Below are positions 51,613 to 64,000 of a DNA stretch of 64,000 nucleotides, piece by piece. The notes beneath the pieces are model-generated. The model did not search any database. It was not told the origin of the DNA and worked only from the letters and a program-made list of their open reading frames with translations. Position 1 is the first letter of the stretch, and each line of letters begins with the position of its first letter. The position numbers and the translations under genes were made by a program. The stretch is from Ascidiella aspersa (Eukaryota): the NCBI GenBank assembly GCA_963924565.1, contig OZ004615.1:8866001-8930000 (forward strand), read 5' to 3'.

Positions 51613-51911
51613 TAGAAATCGCTCTTCTGGTGTAAACGAAGTATAAACCGACGTTTCGGCAGCAGATACCAGGTGACCTCATCAGGATTAATAATTAAAA
51701 CGTCTATAGTATTTTTATTTTATACTTTTAGTATATAAGATGGCTAACGCACTCTCGTTTTTAATTTATAGTCTTTTTAGTTTATACTTTTAGTATATAA
51801 GATGGCTTACGCACTCTCGTTTTAATTATTATTAACCGTGATGAGGTCAGCTGGTATCTGCTGCCCTAACGTCGGTTTATACTTCGTTTACACCAGAAGA
51901 GCGATTTTCTA
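51613..51911. mobile_element. Palindromic Penelope-like (pLTR-derived) insertion, family A
   Basis: About 88-bp inverted arms (51613-51702 / 51818-51911), each with a hammerhead motif. The interior holds two ~61-bp tandem copies (51705-51827). Confidence 0.8.
51642..51693 (-). ncRNA. Minimal type I hammerhead ribozyme (PLE-type), intact core
   Basis: Minus strand reads UAUUAAUC-CUGAUGA-GGUCACCUGGUAUCUGCUGCC-GAAA-CG-UC^-GGUUUAUA: full catalytic core, stem I pairing and palindromic ACGU in place of helix III. Stem II is imperfect in this copy. Confidence 0.8.
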
Positions 51912-54019
51912 TTGACATGTTGCCGGGTGAAGCTAACTCTATACTCATTATTTATGTTCACTCAACAAATGTCAAAATGACCAGCTGTCCTTCTCGGTAA
52001 AGGTTGAGCATCTAAACATACATAATCCTAGCAATAGTACACAAAAAACAATACGTGGATTGTCAAAATGAGTATGATGTTAAGGGTTCGTTGTGTAAAG
52101 ACACGATGACGCTGCATTATTCGGTGGATTTCCTCCTAATGAGGATTATGTAAAGCACACACAATCAGACGAGTTTGGTTTCGGTTGCTACACAGATTTT
52201 AAAGAAGAAAACTTTACTTCTAGCGCAATCGTTGTTTATTTTTTCAGAAATAACATGCATTTTTTTTATTGATTTAACGACAATCAGGTGGCAGTCTTAC
52301 GACTGAAGAAAACCCCTACATGCATTTGTAATGCCTAAAAGTCGGAGGTTCGGCATATATACGCCATTCCGCATATTTCATTACACCATATATATATATA
52401 AAAAAACGATCGTTTTAATCTACAGCGAAACGGGAAAATCGTAAATCTTAACTTCAAAACAAAACAACTTCAAAAAGCCCCATTTGGACACGCTTGGGTG
52501 ATAATCGGTGTCTGTGGTGGCTGCTTGAAGACTCTTGGCTTCCCGAAAGAGCGAAAGCACAAGAGGAAGTTTTTCTGTTTGTTGTTTTTATTTGTGAAGA
52601 TGCTCGATGGGGCCACTCGAACGCTTTTCGCTTTTTCACCCCCTTTCATGTCGCACTCTCATATAGCTGGTCGAAATCTTCTCCCACTGCTGGCCCGAGA
52701 TAGATATTTGACAGATCTCTACTTTGATAAAAAGGGTCAACCTTATTTTTTCGGTTTATAGACAAAGAGTCGAAAAGTTTTGAATATGCGTCAAAATGAA
52801 TTTAATCGGTTATTTTTATTTGCATTTTTTACATCTTATTAACGTGATTTGCCGAAAAGTCACGACATGTTATTTTATTACAAATATCCTAAATTAGTCG
52901 TTTCTTAATTCCTTTGGCATATATGGCATTAAATATATATATGTAAACGTTCCTGAATAAAACGCTACAAAAACAAACAAAAAATGTTGTATTTTAAACC
53001 AAACGCATTAAGGTCGTTCAAAAAAAAGCGTTTTGAAGTTGTACAAACGGCGATCCTTGGTTAATAAAAATGGGAAAATCAAAATAACTATTTAAACCCG
53101 GTTTGTTAACGATAATTTTTTTTTAGCCCGTCAAAAAAATACGACGTGTAAATAAAATCAATTGCTTTCTATATAAATGACTTCATAGTCGTTTATAAGG
53201 CTTTCCAAGGTCATATCCTCTTCGAAGTCGTTCAAATTTTGAATGTTTTTTATTCTCTTTTTTATTCAAGTTTAAAGTTAAATTCTACTTAAAGCTTGGA
53301 AAACATATTACCATTTTCCTTAATTCGAATAAATCAAATTTGAAAGGATTTTATAATGACACTGTTTAGCCTTTACAAAACCTATACAGAAGCCCATTTG
53401 CTGTTCTCTGAGTTATAATCGCAAAGCGTTTAGTGGGATCATTCTTCGCGGAAGTTGGCTGCTACGTGTTATGACCGGTCGCGTGTCAGCAATCGGAAAA
53501 ACGAAGATAAGCGACCAATCGTCTCAGCAACATTCTTGCACAGCTGGGAGTAAACGCGGCCTGGCATCGCCTCCAACATCCGATGTTTTGCTTTGCGTTG
53601 ACGATAATGGAAACACCAGATAACGAACCCGACGCGGCGACCACTCCCATCTTTAAACAGCAAAAAGGAATTCTTAACACATTTTTAGAGGAGGTTTAAG
53701 TTTGGAAACCGGCACAAACCACTCCCGTATCCTTTCGCGCTAGGACCGGGACAACTATCTTCCACACGATAAGTTTTAAAGCGTGATTTGAGTGTATTAG
53801 AAAAAATGGGAAAACGAACTACAATTCTGCGCCAGTGTTTTCGGTAAGGTCGAATTGCAGTATAATTGAGTTTGCAGGCAGAATATTTACATAACTTTAA
53901 TCCTTTAGATTATATTGAATAATAGGTCATGAATATATTACATGTGTTGAACGCAATATTAAAATTGTGATGTAGTATTAGAAGAGCATGAGCTACAAAC
54001 ACAACTGACTAAATCAATG

Positions 54020-54248
54020 GTACTTGATAATGAATTGAAAATCAAAATGGGTCGAGTAGATCAACATCATCTTGATTAAGACGTTTCGATACCCAGTATC
54101 ATCTTGAGTTAATGAGCTTGTATCATCTTTCTATTATCATTCTGAGTTTCTATAGTTGGATCATTATGAGACAAGCTCGTATCATAATGTTTTAATCAAG
54201 ATGATGTCGATCCACTCGACCTTTTGGCTTTGAAATCATTATCAAGCG
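54020..54248. mobile_element. Palindromic Penelope-like insertion, family B
   Basis: Inverted arms CTTGATAATGA...GGTCGAGTAGATCAACATCATCTTGATTAA (from 54023) vs TTAATCAAGATGATGTCGATCCACTCGACC...TCATTATCAAG (to 54246). AAATCAATG occurs on both flanks (54011-54019, 54249-54257). Confidence 0.75.
54075..54113 (-). ncRNA. Minimal hammerhead ribozyme motif, one core substitution
   Basis: Minus strand AUUAA-CUCAAGA-U-GAUAC-UGG-GUAUC-GAAA-CG-UC^-UUAAU: perfect stems I and II; core reads CUCAAGA instead of CUGAAGA. Confidence 0.7.
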
Positions 54249-57200
54249 AAATCAATGTTCCTTTTTGAAAGTTCTTGCTAAAGAGAGTCGATATTATTTT
54301 AAACAAATCGAACTCATAGTTTTATGTATATTGTGAAAGGAAAGATTTTTTCATATTCAGAGGCTGAAGCTGTGTCGCGTTTATTCCTTTCAGCTGTTGA
54401 ACAGATTAGCCCCAATGTATCAAAATACACAAATAAACAGAAGTCTAAACCGCTGAACGAAATACTGCAGCATTAAACAAAATAAATCTCGGAGAAAAGA
54501 AATGGATGTATTAACTAGAAAACTTAGGGAGCTTTTATTTTAAACAAGGCTTAATAAAAGCCTTGTTTCGCATGGTGCACTAAAACGCATAACAACGGTA
54601 TATAAACACTATCTCGGTGATAGGTGTGAGATTCATTAGGACACCACGCTTAATTCAGAAAACGCTTCGTCGCGATCCCAAGTGAATCGCGGAAGTGGTC
54701 GAATTAACAAGAATCGCATTTTTCTACTTGCGTCATTCGTTGCCGGATGGATGACGGCCCGAAGTGACGTAATGCCTCGAGCGAAATTCCACGCTCGGCA
54801 GTTGGAATAAACCGCCACGGATATCAAAATTACAGTAGGGCGCATTGTGTGGCCTTCGCACCCGTAAATCCCGAGGCGCGAAGAAGACTGGTTGTTTGTT
54901 GGGCATGCGAAATGACGAGGGCGTGTCCAGAAACTGGTGCCGATGAGCCTTTCAAAAGACAGACAAGCGAATCTCTCGTGACGTCCAAATGCCTGCTGAC
55001 ATATTTGCCATGAGATTATAACATCTTCGCATGAGCTTCAGATAAAATCTGCCGACTTCCAAGAATCGAAATTCAATGCGTTTCCCAGAATTCTTTGCAA
55101 CCGCAAAAAGTTGCACACAATGTTTCTCGCTGCAATGCCAAGCCATATTAAGAAAATAGTAGTTCAATTGGGTTGTCAATACGGATGAAATCAGTTTTGA
55201 TTCATTTCTTGGGCTATAAGTTTTGATTCAAAGTACAATTTTGTCTACTTTTGGCCAGGAACTGCATCAAATAGATCACAAAAGATCGCAGACGTTGTTT
55301 TATGATTTGAGTGTGTTTAGAATTGTAGCCAAAGTAACGATCGTGACAGAGGCACTTTTCCAAAAGGGAAGGACATCTCGAATGAATGTTGATTGCAGGT
55401 TAGTGCGTCGCTCTGCTGGATTAAGCACCTTTCGTAGTTTTCCATTTTTAACCAAGGGTTGGCGCACCTTTTGTAACACCTCAAATTGCCTTTCGTCTGG
55501 TCTAAGACATCCGGTCTATTTTTAGAAGAAAATCGACAGTGGAGCCTCATAGTTCTCCTATAGAGGACCGCAATTTGGTAGGAGAAAGTAGGCTGCCTTT
55601 AAATTGCTTGCCAATTGAATTCTATTTGCAGGGCTACACGCGAAAAAACATGCCATCCATATTTGCTAAAACAACAGCTCATAGTTGAAGTCTCAAACGA
55701 TAACTTTATTGTTAAAAACGCTGTATTAGCAAAAGCTCTAACATTTAAACAGAAGAATGGTCGATCTATGTACAGTTGTTTAACGATAAAGAGAAACGCA
55801 AGATCCGGTAACTGGCATCAATATTTACGGTTTGAGATCACAACACGGCGCGGCAAGTGACGATTATCACGTTTACGGCGCAGAGCTGCCGTATTTTATG
55901 CGTGTTCGATCCGGGCAAAGAGGACTGAGCGCGATGCTTATCGTGCTGCCGGTGTGTTCCGTAACAAGTCAGTCCAAACCGCGGCGACGTAACTTGTCCA
56001 GTTCGACTGCTACGCTTTGAAGCATCGTTTGTTTTCTGATCATCAGTCATGCCGGAATTTGAGCGGCACGCCGCAAATATTTAACAGCGGTGCAGGAATA
56101 GAGGGGGCAAAGTATGCGATCATGTCTAGCTGCCGCCGCTGATGCTGCGTGGTTTATTTCCCGTTAACAAGCCGACGAAGAAGGAACGAGTCGCTCGCCT
56201 GCGACTTCCACTAGGACGCATGCCCGACGCGACGATGGCGCGATAGTACATCCAAGGCGGCGGATCGTCCATGTTTGGCGTGTTTTGCAAATATCTTAAG
56301 TCGGTAGTCTTGGGACAAGGCACGCCACCGAACAACGCCTACATTGACCTGACGCGCGCGCACCGGTTCAAAGCAGATTAAGGGGCCCGCTGCCAGGGCG
56401 CGCGTGCAATGTGTTTGTGATGCAAGCCCGATATTTACGCGTCGCGGTCTGCCGCTAATCTGGGTATTTATGACAATCCGACAGCGCGAGCCGGGTCCAC
56501 GGGTGTGACATCTCGCATTCCGCAGGCCGATTAGCGCCGCCGTCTACAAGACGCGCACATATATGCCGCAGCAGTATGACACCGCGGCGACCCGCTGCCG
56601 CGCTGGCCCGGCCGGATTTTAGACTCTCCGTCTGCTGTTGACCAAATGTCAGCGCGGTCGCGGCCGGCGCAAAATAGCGCGAACACACAACACGGTCTTC
56701 GTTTCGGGCGCCCGTGATACATCGGGTCGGACCGCGCACGAAACGGCACCCGTCGCATCAGTTCCATTTCGGAAAAGGCAACCGGCTATTTTCAGATCGC
56801 TGACTAACCGCGACGCTATTGATGTCCTGCCGTACTTTCCCTGGCACTCCTCACCAAGCGCCATTTTATGTTTAGAACCTCCCTGACTACTTCGCATACA
56901 AACAACTGTACTTATCTTTCGAAGGCATCATCGACAGCAAAGCGGGCCGCGGTCCAATCCCAGCTATGGGCACTCACACAAGTTGATGTCGACAAACTGA
57001 CTGGCTGTGGGAGCTTACGGCGTCGTGAGGGACTTAAATTGTTACCAAAATGATCTCCATCGCACATAGCGTCACTCAGGCTTAATCGTCACAACACATC
57101 CCGTTTATTGATAGTGGAGTGTTTAGTGACATGGTTTGCCCGAAGCGTAGCCTGGCCCAAAGGGCAAAAACATTTTCTATTTAACGATTTCATTTTCGGA

Positions 57201-58416
57201 TATAGGCTTGTCATCGATCTGATTAGACAGCGTAAGTGTAGAAATAAATTACGTGCCGCAGTTAGACTTTAGAGTCCAGAATGTAAAGCTAACAGTCGAC
57301 ATATTGCCTCTAAAAAGTATATTTAGTATACTTTTTTAGAGTTAGGTTAGGGCTGTATTGTGGGAGGCTGTGAAAATGTTATGAAGGACTGCTTTGGTTG
57401 TTTGACTAAACTATGGTTTCCCATTATATGCTAATATGTTCAGAACAACTATAGTTACGGTTTCATACTTTTGGTTTTTACAAGAACCCATATAGTTTGG
57501 CTCTTGGTACCCTACTAGACCGCAAAGTTTATCAAATAATAGAATTAAAAAATGATGTCATATCTGTGACTGCGAATAAGAAACCCTGTGCCAACGGAAT
57601 AATAGAGTCTTTCTATAGGAAATTTCTCACCTATAACAGGTGAGGTTGAAAAGTGAGAAGAGACGACGAAAAGAAACATTAGTAAATAAAGCAAGATTGA
57701 AAACAAGGCGGTGAAAAAGACACACACAACGCTGAAAATATGATGTGCATGTGCCTTCAGGAAGGTTTACACGTAACTTAATCCTGGCCACTAGTCACCC
57801 TTCTCCGCACTAACGTTGTTGGATCATCAGCATAGGAGCAGGCGACAAAATCAAGATTGCTTAGATTCAGAGTCAAGTAATGCCGGGCTTTGACAGAGGC
57901 ATATAGGGCGGCACGTCGAATAGATCTCTACGACGCGGGCATTTCGAACTATGCGAGCAGGAAGAATAACTTTCTTGACGAGCGAAAAAAGTCGCGGAAA
58001 CGGCGTCCAGGTGTTACGCCAAGCTGCTGTCCCAAGCCGCCAGCCGTTGTTGCGATGCGCTGGTTTTGGCGTCCACTCGGGCGCAACGCGGCACCACGAA
58101 GGGTGTTCTTCCGCCCAGGTCGCGTGGCACGCGTTCGTACGCTGGCAACTTCTCGACCGATGTTTTATGGTGAGGTACATAACGAAGCAAGCGATAATCA
58201 AAGAATTTCATTCCCTGATAAGGAATTATAGATTGGCCTTTAGGACTTCTAATACGGCCAAAACTGCATTTTCATTATCATAATCGACCGTCAATATTAT
58301 TGCTTACGTAGAAAATTAGTGAGCGCACAATCGAATGTTCATCAAACTGGGTCTTCTAATCTAATTATTGCATACCACCTTTTTAAAGTGATTCTTTAAT
58401 TACTTGTCAGTTATAC

Positions 58417-58495
58417 ATTAACTGAAGATGATACAAGCTCGCATTGAAAAGTCGTAATCAAGATGATGTCGATCTACTCACCCTTTTTGGCTTAA
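58417..58495 (+). mobile_element. Solo family-B copy with degenerate hammerhead motif
   Basis: ATTAA-CTGAAGA-TGATACAAGCTCGCATT-GAAA-AG-TC-GTAAT followed by CAAGATGATGTCGATCTACTCACCCTTTTTGGCTT, homologous to both arms of 54020-54248. Confidence 0.75.
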
Positions 58496-59160
58496 AATTT
58501 GTTAATCTAATTACTTTTGTATATTCCATTATAAAGTTGAAATGACCAATGCAATACAGGTGTAACACTAAAAAAGAACAAGTTTTAAAGCGGCTCTGAG
58601 CACAAATAAAAAAAACATTACCATGTGTCCTCAAAGCCACCATGGTTGCTTCCGAGCAAACCGTTTATATGCGTTGCCAGATATTATCGTGTGTCCCTTT
58701 CTGGCGCTGTTAAATCCTGCTTCAAATACCGATATGGTGTCGCAATGTTACACCTTGACACGTTCCCTCTAAAATCTGTGGAAGGCGGGGAATTCGGCCA
58801 CAACCCAGTCAGTCGGAGCTGGGCGTCGCTGGGCGCGCGAGCTTCGCAAATCCCCGCGGATTTATTGCCCCCGGGAATCTCGCCCCCGTTACGCTCGATC
58901 GGAGCGCGAGCATCTGGACCCCGTTGTGCCTTGCGATCGCCGTCACCTTGATCCGACGAGCGCGATTTTCTGCGGAGCGTTTAGCCGTGCCAAAACAAAA
59001 ACACGCGATCAGACGGGCCGCTGTTGTTGATGGTCGTGGCCCGGAATCTTTCGGTTTCATGTGCACGAGTCGATACTGGAATGGATAGAGCACGACTTCT
59101 GAGGCGGGGCCTGGCGAGCTTTGCACGCTCGTCGGGGCCTCAGTGTCACTTGTTTTAGAC

Positions 59161-59375
59161 CAGGGGTTCTTCAACTTTTTTAACGCGCGGACCCCTAAAT
59201 TGGTTGCCTCGCGTGGACCACAATAGGCATAAGAAAAATCAAAAATGACGGTACAATTAGACTTCATAAATCTGCTCATTTCGGTCAAAACATGTGAAAG
59301 TGAAGTGAAGTCGAATATTTCAAGTAGGCCTTTATTTTGGACCCCCTAAAACTAGTTCACGAACCCCGAAGTTTT
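59161..59375. mobile_element. hAT MITE remnant, right end truncated
   Basis: TTTTAGAC|CAGGGGTTCTTCAACTTTTTT..GCGGACCCC left end; repeated GGACCCC/GAACCCC subterminal motifs near 59340-59367. Confidence 0.6.
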
Positions 59376-62300
59376 TTAAGACATTTCGGTTTAATCCAGA
59401 CGTCGATATACAAACTGAGGCACCCTTGCCAATATTATCATTTTTGCATTTAAATTGGTGCGCTTTTAGGCGATGTCTTTCGCTGTACCTAGTTTTGTGG
59501 CGAGAAACAGTGATTCGACACCCTTCTGCTTAATTTAATTAAACGACGTCCAAATTCCAAGCCGCCTTAAATTTGAAGAAAACGACAATTAAATGATTAT
59601 ATTTCGCGGGCCTTTTTTCACAACGTCACTCAAGTCAGTGACATTTTTTCATTAAATTGAATCTCGAAAGAGAAGAAGAAAAACATGTTTTAAATTATTA
59701 TTGCCTAAATCAGTTGTTTAAAAACATTTAGCCCACGACGCATAAAAAACGAAATCAAAAAATATTCTCGCACACTTTCTTAAAACACCCAATTGTATAA
59801 CTAGACAATCGCTCAAAATACTTGACAAGGCAATAGGTTAACAACTTAATACTATCCGTTATCTTGTGGATAGTTAACATTTAAGCCTCTCACATTTTTT
59901 CCAAAATTACAAATAGTTACACACTTCAGAATCCCTAGAATCTAGAAGCAACACAGTTCTATAATCACTGGTATAAAGCTTCGCATGACTTTTTTTCAAA
60001 TTACAATGAAATAGAAAATAACCGCAAAATTTAATAACGCCACCACTTTATATATTTATTGTATGTCTTACGGGCAATCGTAGGCTAATAGTTGCAAAAT
60101 ACGTTTTGTGTTCTGCGATACCAATTCCATTTCGATTTTAAGGTCGTTTTCCATTTCAAAGGGAGGCATTTCCCTCAAGGCAATTGTGACCTGCCAGCTG
60201 AGAGTTGCGGTCGTTGCTGCCGAATCTTTCTCACCGCGAAAAGCGGATTTGCGTGATATGTATTTCAGGTTCAACAGCGGCGCATACTTTGTTTGAAAGT
60301 TTTGGGTTTGAAATGCATCCTGCGTCTTGGAGCGCCGCTCTTAAAGCGCCTGAGTGGCTGCGCTTGAAAATCGGGCACTGTTCGCAATTCGCTTCGCCCT
60401 CGCCCGTGAGCGAATATTCATTGTTGGGCCGTGCGGCACGTTCAGTGCAGGCCAAGGCTCAGATTAAAATCAAAGTCTTATTTACAGTCTTGGCAGGCCC
60501 TTTGTCCGACCTCGCAAACTTCCTCGTGCGGTCGCGTATCGCGCAACAGCCGATGGCCTTTCACATGACCCAGCGCTTAGCGGGTTGGTCACCTCGTTAG
60601 CCGAGCAGGTGTTTTCGTCTCCGGCTGCAAAGGCGCTCGCACACCATGGCCTTATCGCAACTTGCACGTGCTGCAGGAATCGTGTCAATCACGCCGGGGG
60701 GACGTCGCGGTTCCACGGGGCAGGGTACGAAGCCGAACGCGGCGCGTGACAAAAACTCGGTTGCCCATCTTCGTGAATAGAAAATTCAAGGTCTTTGTTT
60801 TGGACCGCGCGCCCGGGACAATCATAAGTTTGTCGTCGCAAGCTACACTGCTACACGGGCGCTGCGCAAACAATGGGCCGCCGCGCCTTCGGAGCGCTAT
60901 AGGCGGCGACAAGCCCCACACGTGCGCGCCGATGTTCGAAACAAAACGCACAAAGGCGAAAAGGGGAAAGGGGCCGCGCCGGCCGGAAGAAAAATCAATA
61001 GGGACTGTGGAAAGCAAATAGATATGTCACCTGAGAAGGAGGCAGGCTTAAAGCCAGGTGGCGACATGTAGCGCGACCGATGGAACGCAAGTCGCCGCCC
61101 GATGCTGGCTGGGCCGATATTGCGCGGTTTGTTGTGCTTCCTGACGTTGTACGGCTTGAGCCCACGTCGCGCTCGCGCTGAACCGTCGAGGAATTTTCCT
61201 TGAAAGACGAAAACCGACACTCGCGAACCGAGCGAACGAATGGCGCGAAATAGCAATGGTGACTGCTTGATCGCAAATTGTTGACCGCCGATAGGTGTAA
61301 CGTTAATAGTCCAGCTATACAAGCAAGGAAACTGCGGATATATATCAGATCAATATGTACAATTCTCAATTGTATGCTGTACCAGTGTACGCGTGTAGCC
61401 AAGTTTTTTTGCCATGTAGTTTAACCGAGGTACGTGGGATTTTGCAAGTGTATGGCCTTAACGATCGTTCGAGGTTTCTGGTTTTCGATTTCACGTAAAT
61501 GTGTACGACCACAAATAAACTTTTAACAGTCGATCGAATAACTTAGTAACGGTTCATAGAATCTAAAGCTTGGTTATTATGAGCACTTGCTAGCGAAATG
61601 CCACACACTTTGTTGATGGGAAGGCTCGAGTTAGTTCACAGACGTTTGAAAATGCAAGTTGTAGTTAGGTTATTGTTTCCGCGAGTTTCTGTCATAATAT
61701 TTCAAGCGCAAAGGAAGTTTTGCGTCTGGCACTGGCGTATCATTTTGCCCAAACTCGCGACTTCACACAAACAACGAGTGTTGAGTATATTGCAAACGAG
61801 ATTGCTGCGGGTTTTTAGGTATTTCTTTGCTTTCAAGTGATTCTGAGCCGAAGTAAGGCGAAAAGTTTAACAGTACGCTGCACCGCGTGACTGTGTAAAC
61901 GTAAACAATAGTTGGTTTGTTGGATAAGCTTTAATGTCGGATGGTTTAATCGCACCGGAGGAACTCCTTCAAAACACTGGTATATGCGAGGTTGGTAAAT
62001 ATTTCTACGTATACCCTTTTGCCGATTTTTGACGAACAACACAGCGTTGGCTCAAATGCTAGATATTATTTACGAATTTTGCGGACAGCTTGTGAGTATA
62101 AATATTTTGATTCAAGTATTTAATTTCTGTTTTTTGCTTAGTTATCGCACTATGCTCGCAGCGTTTCTGTAATTATAGAAGGCGTATACGTTTTAGGACC
62201 TCGTAACACACAGTACTGCGGCGTCTGCACACTTTGGCGTTTTAAGTGGAGAATAAACTGCGTTGCGTCATACGGTTTGATTTCGCCCCGTGAAATATAA

Positions 62301-64000
62301 ACTTGGTAGCGAAAGGCAGTCACATTTCACCAGGCAGGGAAATTCAAACACCTGGGAATTTACGACGACACGGCAGATGTAAGTAGGCGGCGTTGTGGTG
62401 GCGCGATTCTTAAAACGAAGCCGGCATCGTAAGGTCACATCTTACTATCCATTGTTACGCATTTGACCTACCACTGGCGCGCCATTGTGAACGATTGCCG
62501 CCCGCGCCCGCCTGCGTTAGCGGACATTTGCGACGCTTTAAATTTGACATTAAAATTGTTTCAGGTGCGGTGAAACATAGTAGCTGGAATGAAAGCGGTA
62601 AAAATGACGAGCAGTGAAAGCTTGCTTGCCTTGGACCCAAGCTTAAATTCAGTTGAAGGCTTAAACAACGCTGCACATGATTTATGGCTGTCAATTCGCA
62701 GCGGATAACACAGATCGAGTTATGTCGGTTCGTTCCCTGAATGAAACGGTTTATTTGCGTTGTAGCACTCGGCAAACGCCAAGTTGTGCGCAAATGGATG
62801 CCAGTGTATGACTTGAAATACCTGTCATTGTCATAAACGTTTTCGAATGTTTGCCAAACCGGGATGTACCGCCGTTTGTAGGGCGTTCCGATATGAACTA
62901 AGTCGCAAGCGGGAAATTTCGAATATACACACAGGCAAGATTTAGTGACATCTGCCGAAACGCAATTTCGAAAATATCCAGTGAAGTGTCATAGCGCCAG
63001 GGTACCGCGTATTCCGAGACCCCTTTTTTTTGCTTTTCTACAATACACTCGTGATCCGGCTCGGCCGGCGCGCCATTTTTAGGTTGGCCGCTGCGCGAAA
63101 AAAGTAGCTTTTGACACAAGCAGACGCCGGTGACAGTTTTATTCGAGCTGTTGTGAAGGCGCAGCTCGGCGAATGCAGTCTAGACTAAACCGGCAGCTAA
63201 GGCGTTTTGTAGAGCGTTTCCATGAAAAGCAAGAAACCGGTGCGGAGTGTTGACGTAATTCACGAATGTGTTTCAGCGTAAAGCGCGCAACATATTTCTG
63301 CTGAAGATCGTCAGAACCCGGTTTAGTTACTGACAAGGGTAGATTTAGTATTTTTGGAATGCAGTGGACTTTTTATTTGGCATTTGTAGTCAGTATTTGT
63401 TCGACAATGATTGGTCATTTTCGTATGGAATAATTTTAACATTTTCTACAATAAACCTCCTAAATCACTTAAAATAATGTTTTGTCTGATAAAAAGCGTT
63501 ACAGAAATATGTAATTTCCAATGTTACAACGAAACGCAAGCTAACAATATCGGTAGTTTTCGCCTACAAAGAGTTAACCACCAACTGTTGAATTTGAAAT
63601 GCCACGTCAGAACTTAGCCAGCTTCAGCTTTGCCAGCCGCATAAAAAACAGCTTTGTTTAGGCGTGTCCATTTCTTTGTTGGACACGGCCGGACAAGGAC
63701 AAGGGACAATGGCGCGTTGCACGTGTGCAAGTGTCAAGTGTACGACAAATCCAGTTCAGGGTCAACGCCCGGCGGCCCAAATCGCGCCCGGTGGAAGCGG
63801 ACGCCGCTGCGCTGTCTTGCAGGTGCTTGTGGCAACAAGCTTTTGTGAAGGCGTGACCCTGACCCGGTAACCGCTATCGGTCATTCTAGCAGGCCTGAGC
63901 CGAGACACTAACAAAAAACACGCAGTCATAACGTTTGTGAGTCGGTCCTTGTGAGAACGATTTAAAAGAGTTGAATACTGCTCGTAATAATCTGTTATGG

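Noticed and set aside
51705-51827. CRISPR-like or satellite array
   Set aside because: Only two adjacent units without spacers, in eukaryotic DNA; part of the palindromic insertion.
54542-54568. Hairpin AAACAAGGCTT / AAGCCTTGTTT as a Helitron 3' end
   Set aside because: AT-rich stem, and no matching 5' TC end or second copy could be identified.
55800-63900. ORFs of 60-159 aa in the distal GC-rich blocks
   Set aside because: No homology I recognise, many non-ATG starts, overlapping in all frames.

Overview
Eukaryotic, intron-rich, AT-rich genomic DNA, most likely from an invertebrate chordate (ascidian-like). This is inferred from short introns, a nexilin orthologue and abundant hAT MITEs; the species cannot be fixed from this window. 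I reconstructed four + strand spliced genes by hand: (1) the 3' half of an SLC5A8/SLC5A12-like Na+/solute symporter with intact splice sites but two in-frame TGA codons; (2) a complete, divergent 450-aa alpha-tubulin; (3) a ~1077-aa nexilin with an expanded, exon-encoded repeat array and a C-terminal Ig domain; (4) a ~623-aa Lmx1 LIM-homeobox gene with a 9.2-kb CpG-rich intron. The last ~17 kb has no recognisable coding sequence and alternates CpG-rich blocks with AT-rich spacers. In the spacers are two unrelated palindromic insertions and one solo copy carrying minimal hammerhead-ribozyme motifs of the Penelope-like retroelement type. Introns hold many hAT-type MITEs with 8-bp TSDs (one nested) and a foldback element with telomere-like repeats. 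Most ORFs in the supplied track are spurious or are exon fragments. Comparisons to human proteins are from recalled sequences, not database searches.
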